64,000 bases of DNA from positions 24,158 to 88,157 of the forward strand of contig JBGVQK010000044.1 of the NCBI GenBank assembly GCA_045127455.1. The letters run 5' to 3'. The stretch comes from Eubacteriales bacterium. GTDB lineage: Bacteria > Bacillota > Clostridia > Oscillospirales > CAG-272. A program made the translations under genes and the position numbers. The notes beneath the pieces were generated by a model that saw nothing but the letters and a program-made list of their open reading frames with translations, ran no database searches and was not told the origin of the DNA. This document shows positions 1 to 9,616 of the stretch, piece by piece. Position 1 is the stretch's first letter; each line of letters opens with the position of its first letter.

Positions 1-220
1 CGCCGTCGGTATGTAAGAAGATATAGAGGTAGCCTGTGTGGGGAAGGCGGTTCTCTTTATCAAGATGCGCGACATCGGCAAGATTGATTTGGCAGAGGAA
101 AATCTCATCCTCATAGAAGTCGCCTTCCCACGCAAGGGGAACGGTGGGAGTGCCAAAAAACTTTGACGCACCGAGATCGTGATCCGCAGGTGCTTTTTTT
201 ACTTTGATTCCAATTGCCAT
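1..220 (-). CDS. DUF1963/YwqG-like protein, N-terminal part only (gene runs off the left edge)
   Basis: ATG at 220-218. My translation is MAIGIKVKKAPADHDLGASKFFGTPTVPLAWEGDFYEDEIFLCQINLADVAHLDKENRLPHTGYLYIF. It shows the SKFxGxP...FLxQINL...LPxxGxLYxF pattern I associate with DUF1963. It is absent from the ORF track because there is no stop in the window. Confidence 0.55.
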   Translation of the reverse strand, partial: MAIGIKVKKAPADHDLGASKFFGTPTVPLAWEGDFYEDEIFLCQINLADVAHLDKENRLPHTGYLYIFLHTDG

Positions 221-242
221 AATTGTTTGGCACTCCTTTCAT

Positions 243-599
243 TTATGATTCTTCGCTTTTTTCCTCAAGCATCAAAACCACGTGATCGCTGCGTGACCAA
301 GCGTATTCGTTTCTGCCGCCCTGTTCACTCCTTCCGCGCAGACATACGCGGGGATTTTCGAGAGAAATGACACCCTCGATGCCCCTCTGCGCCTCTTCAT
401 CAAAGAAGGTGAATTTGATCTCGTTCTCGGTCAATTCATCAATTCTGATTCTCTCGCCGCGGCTTGTACTGTCCGCTCCGTCCCTAATTTCATAGACCTC
501 GTTCCAATAGTGGTTATACCAACTGCCGTAGGTATATTCGTGCGTTTCACGATCAAGACGGAGAATGTATTTGGACCATATTTCGTTTATATTACTCAT
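243..599 (-). CDS. hypothetical protein (118 aa)
   Basis: ORF-track ORF. GAGGT lies upstream of the ATG at 599. It is tightly packed between neighbouring minus-strand genes. I recognise no motif. Confidence 0.5.
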   Translation of the reverse strand: MSNINEIWSKYILRLDRETHEYTYGSWYNHYWNEVYEIRDGADSTSRGERIRIDELTENEIKFTFFDEEAQRGIEGVISLENPRVCLRGRSEQGGRNEYAWSRSDHVVLMLEEKSEES

Positions 600-627
600 T
601 TTTCAACCTCTGCTATTTTATGCAACG

Positions 628-993
628 TTATGATATGGAATAGTGGATTTTATCTTCTCGCTCGGGCTCGGTCTTTTCGGTAACGACCGTTGCGCTGAAT
701 GCATAATGCGAATTATAGCAGCCCTCGAGATAGGACCATTTTTGATACGAATATAATCCTCTGCATTCCTCGCCCACGCTGACCACGCGCTCATATTCCA
801 CAGGTACTATCTCTGATTCCTTGTTATTGGGATCTTTTCTTTCACTGGAATAGGAATGAACCGTAAACGTGCCGTCACCGTTGTCCTTACAGCTTATCCA
901 AAAGCTATAGCCCACAACATGCTTTTCCCCGTCCACAGGAACATACTGCAATGCGTAATCCGGGAAATTGAATTTTACCATTAAATAATACAT
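628..993 (-). CDS. hypothetical protein (121 aa)
   Basis: ORF-track ORF that starts 15 nt after the stop of the upstream lipoprotein gene. I recognise no motif. Confidence 0.5.
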   Translation of the reverse strand: MYYLMVKFNFPDYALQYVPVDGEKHVVGYSFWISCKDNGDGTFTVHSYSSERKDPNNKESEIVPVEYERVVSVGEECRGLYSYQKWSYLEGCYNSHYAFSATVVTEKTEPEREDKIHYSIS

Positions 994-1007
994 ACCGTCA
1001 CCGCCTT

Positions 1008-3722
1008 TTATTTTGTAAGAGTTGCATCAAAGATACCGTAAGAGGGCGAGTTGCTGTTATGGTCGAGCCAGAAGGTAAGACGTTCACAGTTTGCAACGTC
1101 CACGGTGATCTCTGTAGTTGCCATATCAGAAGTCAATTTGTATTCGCCAACTATCTTGTCGTCCGCAATCACGTAGAGCGTGTCATAAGGCTGCTTTCTG
1201 CCGTCGGATCCTTTGTCATTGTCAAGGACGCCAACGTTGAAGGTCATCGTTTTATACTGCTTTTGAAGATTGAAGCAAGCAAAGGATGCTTGGCTGACCT
1301 CACTTGAAGCAGCGAGAGCCATAAGAGCAAGTGCTCCACCGACAAAGCCTGCAATACCAAAGGATCCGGCACCAATAAGTCCACCGGCATCCAAGGACAA
1401 GTATACGCAGGTAGAAAGCACAAAACCGCGCGTATGGTTTACACCGTCAATGGTGAAATATTTTCTGTTATCCGTGCCGTCGTAAATTCCGTTGAAATAA
1501 CGGATTGCATCGTGTCCGTTACCCTCGGCACTCATATACTCATAAGGATTAAAACGTTCCATAAGATCAACCGTATCGGGGAAGGGCTCCTCTTCGTGCT
1601 TGAAGAAATCAAGCTCACCGATCTCGTGGGTGTGTACACCGATATCCGCCACCATATAGGTTCCGCGCGTCAGTGACGGCATACCGAGCAGGCTGAACTG
1701 AAGCACGTCAACGCCCTCGATATTCAGCTCGTAGCTCTTGGGGAAGGCGGTTGCGGTGAGAGGGTAGCGTGCAAGCTCAACCCCGTCACCGTAGATGACG
1801 AGAACGTCATCTTTTACGTGGCTTCTGTCAACACGTCCTACGGTAAAGGTAAGATACTTAAACTGTCCGCCAAGCTTGAAGTTTGCTTCGGTAGGCATAG
1901 CAGAATCCAAGGGAGAGCCCATAAAGCTGTAGATGGATTCCATAACAATACCCTCGTTATAGAAGATATCACCAAGATAATGTCCTCTGTATTTGGTCGA
2001 TCCGTCATATACGCGCGTCGCCTTCGTGGAGAACGGAACGCCTATTTCACCGATAAGCTTATACGATCCGGGCTTTACTGTTTCGGGCTCTTCTATCACG
2101 GGTGCGCCAAGCGTCATATTATAAAACCCATAATCCGCCTGATGCAGTCCGCCGTAATCAATGCCAGCGCTTACCTCAATACAAAGAATATGTCCGCCCG
2201 TAACGTCAAGCGAATAGCTCACTGTGGGATTGTCGTATTCAAGCTCAACGTCAAGGATCTTAACACCGTCAAGATATATATTGAGCCAACCTCCGTCCGC
2301 ATACATGGATTCCTCCACAACTCCCACGGAGAAATTGAACTGCTTATATTTTCCTCCAAGATTATAATAAGAGGGTGCACTTACTATCCATGCATCGTGC
2401 ATAACAAGTCCCTTATTGTACTCCTTGCCCGCAACAGTGAAGCTATCTTTGCCCTTTCCATCGTACACCTTGGTGCTTTCGGTTATATAGAACATGGACG
2501 CTCCTTCAAAGAAGTCGACCGTTCCGTCAACCGTCTTTACCGTATCGTCAATGCTTCGAGGCTCTACCGAGAGCACGGGGTCCGCAATATAGAGTGACGT
2601 AAGCTTCCAGTTGTCGCGGATACGAATGACCATTTTCTTCGCACCCGTAATATCCACAGTATAGGAATGTGCTTTTTCAAACGCATACTGACGCTCCTCA
2701 AACACCTGCTCTCCGTCAAGCAAAATCTCAAACGCTGCGTACATATTGGCGTCCATCGCTTCGATAAGGTCATCCTTTGCACCCACGGTAAAGCTGAACT
2801 CGGTATAGGTCTTGCCGTCAAGATAGAATATGGTATCGTTGGTTTTGCCCGCACCGTATGAATTTCCGTTATTGAGCGGTATTCCGTCATAATACGTATC
2901 TCCCGCTATACAGAAAGACTCATTTCTGATGTAATTATGATAGTTCATATTGCCCTCGGAGCTGGGGGAGAGAATATCGTTGAGGTAATATCCGCCGCCC
3001 GGGGCATACATAGATTTGCTGAATCCAAACGAGCCGGAAAACCATTCAAGCATTCTGCCGTTGGCGTGGTTGTCGGCAATGTAAAATCCGTCGGTTATCA
3101 TCGTGATGCAAAGAATGTAATCGCCGAGCATAGTGTAATAGTACGCAACTCTGTACGTACCTTCGCTGCCCTCAAAATTGATGTATTCGGTGCTTTCATA
3201 CGATTTGCCACCGATGGTAGGATTGCGATTTTTTGTTTGGGTGGAGTTCCAGCCCTTGGGCTTGTTTTTGAAATACTCGCTGATAGAGTACCAAGGATCG
3301 CTGACACCTTCTTTTTTCTTCTCGATCGTAATTTCAATGGCATCGTCGGTTGCATCGTTTACCGCGCGACAATCCACCACAAACTCGGATGCCGCTTTTT
3401 GAGCCGTGGTTCTGTTAGAAAAACAGGTCAGTGGATTTGATGCAATTTTGGAATCGCTTTCAAAATACCAGTGTGCAGGTAAATGAAGCGAAAGATTGAA
3501 ATATTGATTTTTATAGGTCTTTCCGGTTACGGTGCCCTCAAGATTTGTGGGCTTTTTGTTGGTTTCTTGCGGCTTGGTGGTTTCGGTTTGAGGAGTTGTG
3601 TCTTCGGTAGTCGTTTCCTTTGGGTCTGTAATCGTTACCAATCCGCAGGATGCTAAGGTTGGCAGCAGCATTGCCAGCATAAGCGCAATAGCCAATAATT
3701 GAATGAATAATTTCGATTTCAT
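1008..3722 (-). CDS. large lipoprotein with four NPCBM/NEW2-like modules
   Basis: Lipobox signal peptide MKSKLFIQLLAIALMLAMLLPTLASC and a Thr/Pro/Glu-rich linker. Four internal repeats share the pattern F(S/N/T)F(T/S/N)VG...DG...(V/I)D(V/I)(T/E)G (FSFTVGAKDD, FNFSVGVVEE, LTFTVGRVDR, MTFNVGVLDN). GGAG RBS before the ATG at 3722. Confidence 0.8.
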   Translation of the reverse strand: MKSKLFIQLLAIALMLAMLLPTLASCGLVTITDPKETTTEDTTPQTETTKPQETNKKPTNLEGTVTGKTYKNQYFNLSLHLPAHWYFESDSKIASNPLTCFSNRTTAQKAASEFVVDCRAVNDATDDAIEITIEKKKEGVSDPWYSISEYFKNKPKGWNSTQTKNRNPTIGGKSYESTEYINFEGSEGTYRVAYYYTMLGDYILCITMITDGFYIADNHANGRMLEWFSGSFGFSKSMYAPGGGYYLNDILSPSSEGNMNYHNYIRNESFCIAGDTYYDGIPLNNGNSYGAGKTNDTIFYLDGKTYTEFSFTVGAKDDLIEAMDANMYAAFEILLDGEQVFEERQYAFEKAHSYTVDITGAKKMVIRIRDNWKLTSLYIADPVLSVEPRSIDDTVKTVDGTVDFFEGASMFYITESTKVYDGKGKDSFTVAGKEYNKGLVMHDAWIVSAPSYYNLGGKYKQFNFSVGVVEESMYADGGWLNIYLDGVKILDVELEYDNPTVSYSLDVTGGHILCIEVSAGIDYGGLHQADYGFYNMTLGAPVIEEPETVKPGSYKLIGEIGVPFSTKATRVYDGSTKYRGHYLGDIFYNEGIVMESIYSFMGSPLDSAMPTEANFKLGGQFKYLTFTVGRVDRSHVKDDVLVIYGDGVELARYPLTATAFPKSYELNIEGVDVLQFSLLGMPSLTRGTYMVADIGVHTHEIGELDFFKHEEEPFPDTVDLMERFNPYEYMSAEGNGHDAIRYFNGIYDGTDNRKYFTIDGVNHTRGFVLSTCVYLSLDAGGLIGAGSFGIAGFVGGALALMALAASSEVSQASFACFNLQKQYKTMTFNVGVLDNDKGSDGRKQPYDTLYVIADDKIVGEYKLTSDMATTEITVDVANCERLTFWLDHNSNSPSYGIFDATLTK

Positions 3723-3734
3723 TTCCTTTTCTCC

Positions 3735-4370
3735 TTACTCAATATCTAATTTTTTGCCAAGGTCGTTGTATTCTTCGCCATCAGCGGGGAAGACTCTTGT
3801 TTTGCCAATGAAATAATCGTTTGCTACAAATCCGATCTTTTTATCCTCGAACATACCAAATTCCACCTCTTTGGAACTGTTATATCCGCACATGATGCCG
3901 TTGACCCAAACGCACTCGTCGTAGTTGCACTCCTTGCCTTCAAAGTAGCAGGTTCGCACGCCAACGCCGTGTTCTTTTCCATTTTTGACCTCGCCCTTGT
4001 ACTCGGTGCGGAAGTCGTCACTTTCGGTGATGACAACGCCAAACCGAGACGGATCGCAATGCCTGTGGCCGGGGAAGCCAAACGCCTCAAAAAAGATCTC
4101 AAGGGTGCGCTTTGCCGCCGCCTCACTCAAACCGCGATTGTGAAGGTCGCCTTTGATTTTTTCCGCATACAAACGATAGTTGTATGCGTCGTTTATGAGT
4201 TCGAGCAGCACCTCTCGCGTGGGACCGTAGATCAGTACTGCAAACTGTCCTGCTTCTTGTTTGTTATCCGAAAGATCCATCAATTTTTGAAAGCTCGCGT
4301 CCTTGTCGAACAGACCTTCAAATCCGTCCTCACCCTCGCAAAGCTCTCGAATCACCCAAATCAGATTCAT
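3735..4370 (-). CDS. hypothetical protein with MORN-like C-terminal repeat
   Basis: GGAGG RBS. The C-terminal YKGEVKNGKEHGVGVRTCYFEG resembles a MORN repeat. The N-terminal half is unrecognised. Confidence 0.6.
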   Translation of the reverse strand: MNLIWVIRELCEGEDGFEGLFDKDASFQKLMDLSDNKQEAGQFAVLIYGPTREVLLELINDAYNYRLYAEKIKGDLHNRGLSEAAAKRTLEIFFEAFGFPGHRHCDPSRFGVVITESDDFRTEYKGEVKNGKEHGVGVRTCYFEGKECNYDECVWVNGIMCGYNSSKEVEFGMFEDKKIGFVANDYFIGKTRVFPADGEEYNDLGKKLDIE

Positions 4371-4394
4371 ATCCGTTCCTCCTTATAACATTTT

Positions 4395-4631
4395 TTAAGA
4401 AGCGACGTTTTGCGACGTCTCGTCAACCGTTACAAGCTCCATAATGTCTCCAATATCGCAATCAAGATGCTCGCAGATGCGAACCAATACTGAAAGAGAG
4501 ACCTCTTCATCTCGGCGCAATTTGGTGAGCGTGTTGGGAGCGAACCCAATTTCCTTGCGTAAATCTCCCTTGCTCATCTTCTTATCCACGAGCATTTTCC
4601 AAAGCTTGTTGTAGCGAATTTGTTTTGTCAT
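4395..4631 (-). CDS. XRE-family helix-turn-helix transcriptional regulator (78 aa)
   Basis: MTKQIRYNKLWKMLVDKKMSKGDLRKEIGFAPNTLTKLRRDEEVSLSVLVRICEHLDCDIGDIMELV is a typical short Cro/C1-type HTH. I chose the ATG at 4631 (GAGGT 5 nt upstream) rather than the track's upstream GTG. Confidence 0.85.
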   Translation of the reverse strand: MTKQIRYNKLWKMLVDKKMSKGDLRKEIGFAPNTLTKLRRDEEVSLSVLVRICEHLDCDIGDIMELVTVDETSQNVAS

Positions 4632-4657
4632 AGTCAACCTCACGCATAGTATTTCTG

Positions 4658-4676
4658 TATAATTGTACCAATTATA
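4658..4676 (-). promoter_or_regulatory. candidate operator palindrome in the leader of the XRE-led operon
   Basis: TATAATTG-TAC-CAATTATA (8-bp arms) lies between a minus-strand TTGCAA-17-TATACT promoter and the regulator's RBS. Confidence 0.35.
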
Positions 4677-4842
4677 TCATCAGTATAGCACATATTTTTC
4701 ACTTTTGCAATAGACTTGCTAACATTTATAGCAAACTTTCGCAAGATCGTGACATTTTTGTGTTTTCTAAAGCCTTTGAAGCTTTGAATTACTTTTGTTC
4801 GTAACAGACTATTGCTTCATACTGCAATCACTTAGGGAGATC

Positions 4843-4891
4843 GGAAAAGTTCGGCTAATTTACACAAATTCTTAAAATCAGCCGAAAAAAC
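4843..4891. repeat. copy 1 of a 3-copy palindromic intergenic repeat (core TTCGGCTAATTTAyAnAAATTCTTAAAAtnAGyCGAAAAA)
   Basis: By-eye alignment with the copies at 8072-8120 and 10473-10520. All three are in the same orientation. Confidence 0.8.
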
Positions 4892-4893
4892 TA

Positions 4894-4922
4894 TTGACAA
4901 ATCGGGAACAATGTGATAAAAT
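4894..4922 (+). promoter_or_regulatory. sigma-A-type promoter of the ATPase gene
   Basis: TTGACA (4894-4899), a 17-nt spacer, then TGA-TAAAAT (4917-4922). It directly abuts repeat copy 1. Confidence 0.55.
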
Positions 4923-4977
4923 AAACTCGTAAGTTAGTAACTCTTGATATAGTTATTTGCGAAGAAAGGAGCTTTTT

Positions 4978-6372
4978 ATGTTTTACTGTCGTGAAAAAGA
5001 GCTTTTTGAATTGAACAAACGATATACTAACGGCAAGTTTGAGTGTGTCGTCGTTTACGGCCGTCGCCGTGTCGGAAAGACGGCTTTGCTTGGTGAGTTT
5101 TGCAAGGATAAGCCTACCGTCTTCTTTTCCGCACTCAATGCCACAGCTGGGGAAAATCTTGTGGCGCTTTCCAAGGCGATTTATGAAAAGGATCATCCCG
5201 ATGCTACCACAGCACCGGTTTATAATAGCTTTGATGATGCTTTTGCTGAGATCACCCGTATGGCAAAGGACGAACGACTCGTATTTGTCATTGACGAGTA
5301 TCCTTATCTTGCCAAAGCAGATAAATCCATTTCCTCACGCCTTCAACACATCATTGACCGAGTATGGCAGGACAGTCAAGTCTACCTGATTCTTTGCGGC
5401 TCGTCGATGAGTTTTATGGAGTATCAGGTGCTCGGCTATGAAAGCCCTCTGTACGGCAGGAGAACGGCTCAGTTTAAGATTCAAGCTCTGACCTACCGTG
5501 AGACCACCGTATTCAATCAAAGCCTTACGAACGAAGAAAACGCCCTTGTATACGGCATCACGGGCGGCGTGCCTCACTATATTAACAAGCTGAACGTTGA
5601 TGGTGATGTGGATGGCGCGCTTCTTGATAATCTTTTTAATAATTCAAGCTATCTCTTTGAAGAACCCGAGAATCTTTTGAAGCAGGAGCTCCGCGAACCC
5701 GCTATTTATAATTCCATTATCTCTGCCATTGCAGGTGGCGCATCGCACGCAAACGAGATCTCTACCAAAGTCGGTATTGAATCCGCCGTGTGCGCTAAAT
5801 ATTTGAAGATTCTGCTTGACCTCAGTATTCTCAAAAAGGAAACGCCGATCACCGAAAAGACGGGCAAGAAAACCATCTACAACATCGGAGATAATTTCTT
5901 CCGCTTCTGGTATCGTTTCGTGCCGCAGAACACCTCCGCCATTAGCGCGGGACGTATGCCGAAAATTTACGAGCAGTCGGTGAAAAAGTATATCCCCGAA
6001 TATATGGGCTTGGTATTTGAGCAGATGTGTCGCGACTATCTCCTGCGATATGACGAAAAACTCCCCATCATGCTCTCTGAGGTCGGTCAGTGGTGGGGTA
6101 CAGACCCGAAAGCACGAAAAGAGGTTCAGATCGATATCGTGGGTGCTCCGGCCGAGGGAGATGAATATATCATCGGCTCTTGCAAATATAAGAACGAGCA
6201 AATCGGCATTGACGAGCTGGAACGCTTAAAGTACTATGCTTCCGTATTTGGCAAGGGCTCAAAATATCGCTATTATATTTTCTCCAAGGGTGGATTTACA
6301 AAGGGGCTTGAGGAAAGAGCCAAGGCTGAGGAGGTAACTCTCCTTACCCTAGATGACATCTATTGTAAATAA
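4978..6372 (+). CDS. AAA-type ATPase with DUF234-like C-terminus (archaeal-ATPase family)
   Basis: FYCREKELFELNKRY...VVVYGRRRVGKTALL (Walker A) and VFVIDEYPYL (Walker B-like), at a length typical of ATPase_2+DUF234 proteins. The ATG at 4978 has an AAAGGAG RBS 6 nt upstream. Confidence 0.85.
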   Translation: MFYCREKELFELNKRYTNGKFECVVVYGRRRVGKTALLGEFCKDKPTVFFSALNATAGENLVALSKAIYEKDHPDATTAPVYNSFDDAFAEITRMAKDERLVFVIDEYPYLAKADKSISSRLQHIIDRVWQDSQVYLILCGSSMSFMEYQVLGYESPLYGRRTAQFKIQALTYRETTVFNQSLTNEENALVYGITGGVPHYINKLNVDGDVDGALLDNLFNNSSYLFEEPENLLKQELREPAIYNSIISAIAGGASHANEISTKVGIESAVCAKYLKILLDLSILKKETPITEKTGKKTIYNIGDNFFRFWYRFVPQNTSAISAGRMPKIYEQSVKKYIPEYMGLVFEQMCRDYLLRYDEKLPIMLSEVGQWWGTDPKARKEVQIDIVGAPAEGDEYIIGSCKYKNEQIGIDELERLKYYASVFGKGSKYRYYIFSKGGFTKGLEERAKAEEVTLLTLDDIYCK

Positions 6373-6706
6373 AAAACATAGGTCACGCAATCGAAAAGAA
6401 GCGTGACCTCATTTTGATATGTGTATGAGTGTGATAGACGTCGTAGTGTGTAATGAGCAATTTGGAATTTTTGATACAGAAAACACGTATCTCATGAGAA
6501 TTGAGAAGACTGCCCGGGGCGGCTTGTGCAACGAGTGGAATTGTGAAATTACGCGGGGTACTAAGCTCTCTCATGCGTAATTTGAAATAGTTATACCACT
6601 GAAAGTCCTTATCTTGTAAGAATTTTCGTGGGCAAATAAAAGAAAAAACATGGGTACTTTTCAAAGCCGATTTTTGCTCAAAAAATACCCATGTTTTTTG
6701 ATTGTT

Positions 6707-7825
6707 TTAGTCGTATTGAACGGGGATGCAACGACGGTGTTTTTGCCTGATTCTGCGATTGATCGAATCAAAATCAAGCGGATGCCACCATGCGCTCCGC
6801 ACCCAATCTGAGATCCATTCGTGTTCGGGATGGTCGGGATCGTTCAGTATTTTCATCTTCTCATCAAACCCATACGCACCGCCGCTGTCCTCCATAGGCG
6901 CGTCACCAATCGCCTCGGTACAGTGTGGGTATGGTGTGGTGCAGTCGGGAATAAAACGCTTCAGCTTGATCGTATGTATCCAACTGTCACCGAAATCGTA
7001 TTCATAGTCTATCTTCTTTTGTGATTCGAAAATTTCACGAATAGTAACCGTCGTGCTGTCGATAGATTTACCACCGCTGAATGCGATCCAATCATCATTC
7101 TCAAAATGCGCAGGTTGAATAATTTCTCTCGGTCTGCCCATACTGTCCTTTTTCAAAACAAACTGATGCAGATGACAATCGTGCCATTCAAAAGCATTTT
7201 GCAAAATTCTGTGAAGCTGATAGAAATTAAGATCGCTTGGAACAACCAAACTTCTCTTACAGGGAGTAAGCAGGTCAAGCGTAACTTCAAGCTCCGCCAC
7301 GTGTGCAGACTGCACGGGTGCGCCATATCTTTCGGTGAGCGTGGCAATCAGCTTTTCATAGATAAACGAATAATCTTCTTTTGCGATCATATCGTCATTG
7401 ATCCACGGCAGATATTTCTCTTGAAACATACTGTCAGACTCAAACAAATTCACAAAACGCTCCACACGCTCACACGCCTTGTTGCAATATGCAACGTCAG
7501 ACCGAGATGCAGTTGATGCAAATGTTAAGTCCTGCCCACATTCGTCAAGATATTTTCCTATAATCTCGGAAGCAACATACTCACTTTGCAACACCGCGCG
7601 AATACCGTCCTTCATCAACTCGGACATCCTGGCAATACTTTTTGCCGTTAGTCCGTGAATCACGAAGCAACACTTGGTTGCATTGTTTACGGCAACCAAC
7701 GTCTTGCGGCGATTCAGTATGATAAGATTCGCCGTCCAAGAAAACAGTGGATCGGTTTCGACAGCTATTTTTTGAGGCTTTACTCCCAAAAAGTCGAGAA
7801 GCTTTTTTGTACATCCTATAACCAT
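6707..7825 (-). CDS. plasmid pRiA4b ORF-3-like family protein
   Basis: The C-terminal half carries the hallmark YEYDFGDSWIHTIKL and GDAPMEDSGG motifs of the pRiA4b ORF-3/MM3350-like domain. The ATG at 7825 has a GGAAGGAGA RBS. Confidence 0.8.
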   Translation of the reverse strand: MVIGCTKKLLDFLGVKPQKIAVETDPLFSWTANLIILNRRKTLVAVNNATKCCFVIHGLTAKSIARMSELMKDGIRAVLQSEYVASEIIGKYLDECGQDLTFASTASRSDVAYCNKACERVERFVNLFESDSMFQEKYLPWINDDMIAKEDYSFIYEKLIATLTERYGAPVQSAHVAELEVTLDLLTPCKRSLVVPSDLNFYQLHRILQNAFEWHDCHLHQFVLKKDSMGRPREIIQPAHFENDDWIAFSGGKSIDSTTVTIREIFESQKKIDYEYDFGDSWIHTIKLKRFIPDCTTPYPHCTEAIGDAPMEDSGGAYGFDEKMKILNDPDHPEHEWISDWVRSAWWHPLDFDSINRRIRQKHRRCIPVQYD

Positions 7826-8071
7826 ATTTTTCTCCTTCCACACGCCCACTTCTATAAATACATTATATCACATTTTCGGAAAATTTCAATAGAAACAACG
7901 GAATGAGTATTATGTTTGAATCACTGTGAGTAATTGAGAGAAGAAGACTGCCGAGGCGGTCGCCCTCGGAAATGCATTTATACCAGACTCATTCTACCAA
8001 AAAAGCTGAGATTTATAATTTGCTGCAATTTCAAAATGAGTATGGTACGTGAAACGGTCAAGGTATAAAAA

Positions 8072-8120
8072 GAAAAACTTCGGCTAATTTATAAGAATTC
8101 TTAAAATTAGCCGAAAAATG
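8072..8120. repeat. copy 2 of the palindromic repeat (the only copy with perfect arms TTCGGCTAATTT/AAATTAGCCGAA around a GAATTC centre)
   Basis: Sequence comparison. It is followed by a 23-bp-period tandem duplication TCAACAATCGTCGGAAAAA / TCAACAATCGTCGAAAAAG at 8129-8170. Confidence 0.8.
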
Positions 8121-8180
8121 AGTGTTTCTCAACAATCGTCGGAAAAATATTTCAACAATCGTCGAAAAAGTGATGATATA

Positions 8181-9479
8181 TTACATCTTTTTGTCATCGG
8201 TTGCGGGGTTATCGATCAGCTGACCGTCCTCGGTAAAGCGTGAGCCGTGGCAGGGGCAATCCCAGGTATGCTCGGCTCGGTTGTACTTAAGGGCGCAACC
8301 GAGGTGAGGGCATCGGGGTGGGGTGGGCGTGAGAATGCCTACTGTAGATTCAAAAGCGTTGACGGCAAGCTGTGGATGCAAAATGGTGCGCGAGGGATCG
8401 AAAACGGCGGCGTATGGATTGTTTTTGCCTTGCACAAGGTCGCAGAGAATATTGGCGGCGACCATAGCGTTTGTCATACCCCACTTGTTAAAGCCTGTCG
8501 CAACGAACACGTCGGGGGTGGATTTTGAATACTGCCCGATATAGGGAACGTCGTCCAGCGTCATGCAATCCTGCGTTGCCCATTTGCCCACAATTTCGGC
8601 GTTTTTGTAGTGCTTGCGGGCAAAATCTTCAAGCTCTTGCCAACAGCCGCCCTTCTTGCCTGTGCGGTGACCGCCACCACCGAGGAGCAGAAGTTCACCG
8701 TAGCTTCGGAAGGATAGCCCTGTGTCCAATTCGTCTACGTACATACCGCTGACATTCTGCGCATTTTTGAGAGTGAGAACATAGGAACGGTGCTGATAGA
8801 GCTTTAAGGAATACAGTCCGTGCTTGTTGATCATCGGAAAATGCGTTGCGATAATCAGCTTTTTGTAGGTGATCTCGCCACGGTTGGTTTTCGCCTTGTT
8901 TGGCATTACTTCTGTGACCTTGGTATGCTCGTGGATTGGCAGACTTTTTGCGATTGTATATAAAAATTTCAATGGGTGGAACTGCGCTTGATTCTTCACG
9001 CGCACAGCTCCCGCAACCCGAAACGGAAGCTCTTTTGCATCCGAAAAGTCGGATTTCACACCGATACGGTTGAGCGCGGCGACCTCCTTTTCAATCATCT
9101 TGCGGTCAACCGTAGAATAGACGTAGTTATCCCGCGTTTCATAGTCGCAGTCAACATTCTCGCAAAGTCGGGCATATTCTTTGAGCGCTTTGGTCTGCGC
9201 CTCCGCATATAACCGCGCTTTGTCCTCGCCAAAGCGTTTTATCATCTTATCGTAAATCAATCCATGCCCGAGCGTGATCTTCGCTGTGGTCTTTTTAGTA
9301 ATACCGCCGCAAACCTCCGTCGCTTCTACCAGCATACAATCCACTCCCGCGTTTTTCAGCTTATAAGCACACAAAATTCCCGCGATCCCGCCGCCGATAA
9401 TTAAAACGTCTGTCTTTTTATTCCCATCAAGCGCGTCAAACTGCGGCTTATCCGCTGTTTTTAACCATATTGAGTCCAT
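8181..9479 (-). CDS. FAD-dependent oxidoreductase with C-terminal Rieske [2Fe-2S] domain
   Basis: N-terminal dinucleotide-binding motif DVLIIGGGIAGILCAYKL. C-terminal Rieske motif CPHLGC...CPCHGSRF. GGAGG RBS. Confidence 0.85.
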   Translation of the reverse strand: MDSIWLKTADKPQFDALDGNKKTDVLIIGGGIAGILCAYKLKNAGVDCMLVEATEVCGGITKKTTAKITLGHGLIYDKMIKRFGEDKARLYAEAQTKALKEYARLCENVDCDYETRDNYVYSTVDRKMIEKEVAALNRIGVKSDFSDAKELPFRVAGAVRVKNQAQFHPLKFLYTIAKSLPIHEHTKVTEVMPNKAKTNRGEITYKKLIIATHFPMINKHGLYSLKLYQHRSYVLTLKNAQNVSGMYVDELDTGLSFRSYGELLLLGGGGHRTGKKGGCWQELEDFARKHYKNAEIVGKWATQDCMTLDDVPYIGQYSKSTPDVFVATGFNKWGMTNAMVAANILCDLVQGKNNPYAAVFDPSRTILHPQLAVNAFESTVGILTPTPPRCPHLGCALKYNRAEHTWDCPCHGSRFTEDGQLIDNPATDDKKM

Positions 9480-9616
9480 AATATATCCTCCGAATCTTAA
9501 TAGGATTAGTGTTTACACGGAAACGAATAATATGTGTTAATTCGAGAGCTATTATTTACTTTTGCATAGAAATGTGGTATAATAAAAAATATAAAAACAT
9601 CAAAGGAAGTCATAAT

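Noticed and set aside
6383-6664. 93-aa minus-strand ORF between the two terminators of the ATPase and pRiA4b-like genes
   Set aside because: It has no RBS and odd composition, and it spans both terminator hairpins. It is more likely noncoding spacer.
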